Shown here piece after piece: positions 59,228 to 64,000 of a stretch of DNA of 64,000 nt. Numbering within the stretch: position 1 is the stretch's first letter; the number at the start of each line of letters is the position of its first letter. The stretch is from Vitrella brassicaformis CCMP3155 (lineage: Eukaryota; Protista; Chromerida): the NCBI GenBank assembly GCA_001179505.1, contig CDMY01000295.1, positions 248,001 to 312,000 of the forward strand. The letters are read 5' to 3'. Made by a program: the position numbers and the translations under genes. The notes under the pieces are model-generated. The model was given only the letters and a program-made list of their open reading frames with translations, was not told the origin of the DNA and did no database searches.

Positions 59228-59527
59228 NNNNNNNNNNNNNNNNNNNNNNNNNNNNNNNNNNNNNNNNNNNNNNNNNNNNNNNNNNNNNNNNNNNNNNNNN
59301 NNNNNNNNNNNNNNNNNNNNNNNNNNNNNNNNNNNNNNNNNNNNNNNNNNNNNNNNNNNNNNNNNNNNNNNNNNNNNNNNNNNNNNNNNNNNNNNNNNNN
59401 NNNNNNNNNNNNNNNNNNNNNNNNNNNNNNNNNNNNNNNNNNNNNNNNNNNNNNNNNNNNNNNNNNNNNNNNNNNNNNNNNNNNNNNNNNNNNNNNNNNN
59501 NNNNNNNNNNNNNNNNNNNNNNNNNNN

Positions 59528-59558
<31 letters not shown>
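59228..59558. other. Assembly gap (59228-59527) followed by a C30 tract just downstream of RPT2
   Basis: 300 N then poly-C at 59529-59558. Confidence 0.95.
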
Positions 59559-59604
59559 TGATCAAAACACTCTTTCCGGTGGTTGGTGTGTGTAGGCTGC
59601 TCGA

Positions 59605-62005
<2,401 letters not shown>

Positions 62006-62083
62006 CCTATCAAATCAATGGGGATCACACCGCAACGCAGCGAGGGAGCCGGGGAAAGATGGACGCGTTTCTCCCCCGAAACT

Positions 62084-62106
62084 TTTAGGGTTTAGGGTTT
62101 AGGGTT
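62084..62106 (+). promoter_or_regulatory. Interstitial telomeric repeat (TTTAGGG)x3+TT, i.e. telo-box-like AAACCCTA on the minus strand
   Basis: Sequence tttaggg tttaggg tttaggg tt is read directly, about 80 bp upstream of the RPT2 ATG and about 165 bp upstream of the BTB-TLDc ATG. The regulatory role is inference. Confidence 0.6.
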
Positions 62107-62272
62107 GGCTTTAAGCTCGCATTCACCCACTTCTCAGCGGTTTTGCAGCGTGTCGACGGCTGATCTGGCTGCGAGAGAGGTGCCTGGACCTGTAGCTGCC
62201 GATTTCCAGCATCAGCACTCATTCCATCTCTGACCGCAGCCTCTCTCTCGCCACTTCAGCGCCGCATCAGCC

Positions 62273-64000
62273 ATGAAGACCTCGTCATCCATCGGCAGGG
62301 ACACGGCAGACGCCAGCAGCAAGCTTGGCAGCAAGCCGGCAGACAAGAATCTGAGCGACCGGCCGCTGCTGCTCAACGTGGGCGGCACACTCATGGCGTT
62401 CCCCTGTGATGTGCTGCGTGGGGATGGCCTCGAGGAGACCTGCCTGGCGGTGCTGCTGAACCGATTCGATAGCTGGATGATAAGAGATGCCGACGGCATT
62501 CACTTCATCGACGCAGACCCATTCTACTTCACCTGGTGAGAGGGGAGGGCAGGGAAGCATGCATCGCTAATCGCTGTTCGTTCTCTCATCTCTGTGTGTG
62601 TCTGTGGTGTCAGGTTGGCTGTGAAGCTGCGTTACCTCCACTACAACCGCATCGCCGTGACGGACATCACTGACGGCTGCCCCTCGTTGGCCTTCTACCA
62701 CGACCGCTTCATGGCCCACACCGACCTGAGCATTGACGCGCAGCCCGGCGATGAGAACAGTGAGGCCTTCCGCGACTTCATGGCCGTCATGGGCCCCTTC
62801 ATCGACACATCGGCGGGCGGCACGGGCGGCAGGGAGGTGCTCAGCGTGACTGTGGATGACGGCCGCGTGGTGGCCACCACCGACGCCACGCTGGCCGACT
62901 ACAACATACTCTACGACCGATTCACCAAGTGGGAAGCGACACAAGCAGAAATCACATGGTCGATGCACCTGACCTCGGACCCACTTTGTACGTGTGCAGG
63001 TATAGAGGGCCCGTTGTCGATGTGTCTGCGACCAACCTCCACAAGTAACACCACACACACACAGCCAGATGGAACACACTATCTGTATGTGTGTGGTGTT
63101 GTGTGGAAACAGGGTGGTGGATTACGTTCGCCGCATTCGGCTGGCCCCCGATGGTGTCACGCCGTTGCCGATGAGCACATCGCCTGGCGAGCTGCTGTAT
63201 GCGTGTGAGATGTACGGCCTCATGGAGCGAGTGTACCTCTCGATGATCGGCAAACCACACAGCCACATCAAATGCATCTTCAAGTGAGTCGGAAAGACCA
63301 CACACAGCAGAGGAGATGAGAGAAAGGATGGACTCCCCGATCTGTGCGTGTTTCTGTTGTGTTGTACATCAGAGGATCGCGTGACGGCGGTGAGCTTGAG
63401 ACACTGCTGGATCGCGTGACGGGTGCGCAGGGCGGCCTGCTGTTCGTCATCGAGGATGAAGAGCAGCACCGCTTCGCATGCCACTTGGAGGGGTCCCTCA
63501 TCCCACCGACCGGCCCCACAGCAGTGCTGACCACCGGCTGCCCCGTGACCTTTTACTCCATCAGCGGCCCATTCAATGAGGAGGGCATCACCAAGATCAC
63601 GGTGCCCCACCACCAGCAGCGTGTGGTAGTCGCCGGTAAAGAGGCGACGGTGAAGACCGACGACACGGTGGTCATCGGCGGGGTGGTCATCGGCGGGTGG
63701 TCATCAGTGCCGGTGCATCACGGCAAGGTGGTCATCGGCGGCGGCCGCCTGTGGCTGGGTCATCGGGCGGGTGCACCGCCCCCGAACCCACGACGACGAG
63801 GGCCGACGGCTGGCGATCTGCACAGCTGCCGCCAGTGGCTGACGAGGGGTGACCTGCCGTCAGGCAAGACGTATGTGGGCAGCTTCCACCAGGGACGGGC
63901 CACTCTGGCCGGCAGCCATGTCTTCACGGCACACCGACTGGAGGTCTACCAGGTCAGATGGACTTTGAGGAATACATGGTTGTGTTGGGGCTGTATGTGT
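62273..64000 (+). CDS. BTB/POZ + TLDc domain protein (runs to or past the window end)
   Basis: LLLNVGGTLMAF...HFIDADPFYFTW (BTB), a second BTB-like VLSVTVDDGRVVATTDATL...ELLYACEMYGL, and a TLDc-like SRDGGELETLLDRV...LLFVIEDEEQHRFACHLEG...GGGRLWLG...FTAHRLEVYQ. Confidence 0.75.

Overview
Intron-rich, GC-rich eukaryotic genomic scaffold, most likely from a chromerid alveolate (Vitrella brassicaformis-like). This is inferred from short spliceosomal introns packed with CA/GT, GACA/GTCT and CCAT/GATG microsatellites, from lineage-typical BTB-TLDc and F-box/LRR-like families, and from TTTAGGG repeats. I reconstruct about 18 protein-coding genes by hand splicing. Firm calls: proline dehydrogenase, a GpmB-like histidine phosphatase, mitochondrial EF-G1, an RBR E3 ligase and proteasome ATPase RPT2. 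Probable calls: a CS/p23-domain membrane protein, a giant PLU-1-like/PHD chromatin protein, a KIAA1328/hinderin-like protein, a frameshifted ankyrin gene, two BTB proteins, an F-box-like/LRR-like protein and several orphans. There are five 300-N placeholder gaps and one 937-bp gap-flanking duplication. I saw no tRNA, rRNA, CRISPR array or recognisable transposon. The most interesting signals are: (1) many introns carry complementary microsatellites at opposite ends (AC/GACA near the donor, GT/GTCT near the acceptor) that should fold into splice-site-bridging hairpins; (2) a predicted ER-luminal p23-like protein with a KKXX tail; (3) a KDM5-like PHD/PLU-1 scaffold with no visible JmjC domain; (4) a telomeric-repeat (telo-box) element in the RPT2 bidirectional promoter; (5) a strongly alternating, head-to-head gene layout. 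All coordinates come from manual reading and need RNA-seq or HMM confirmation.
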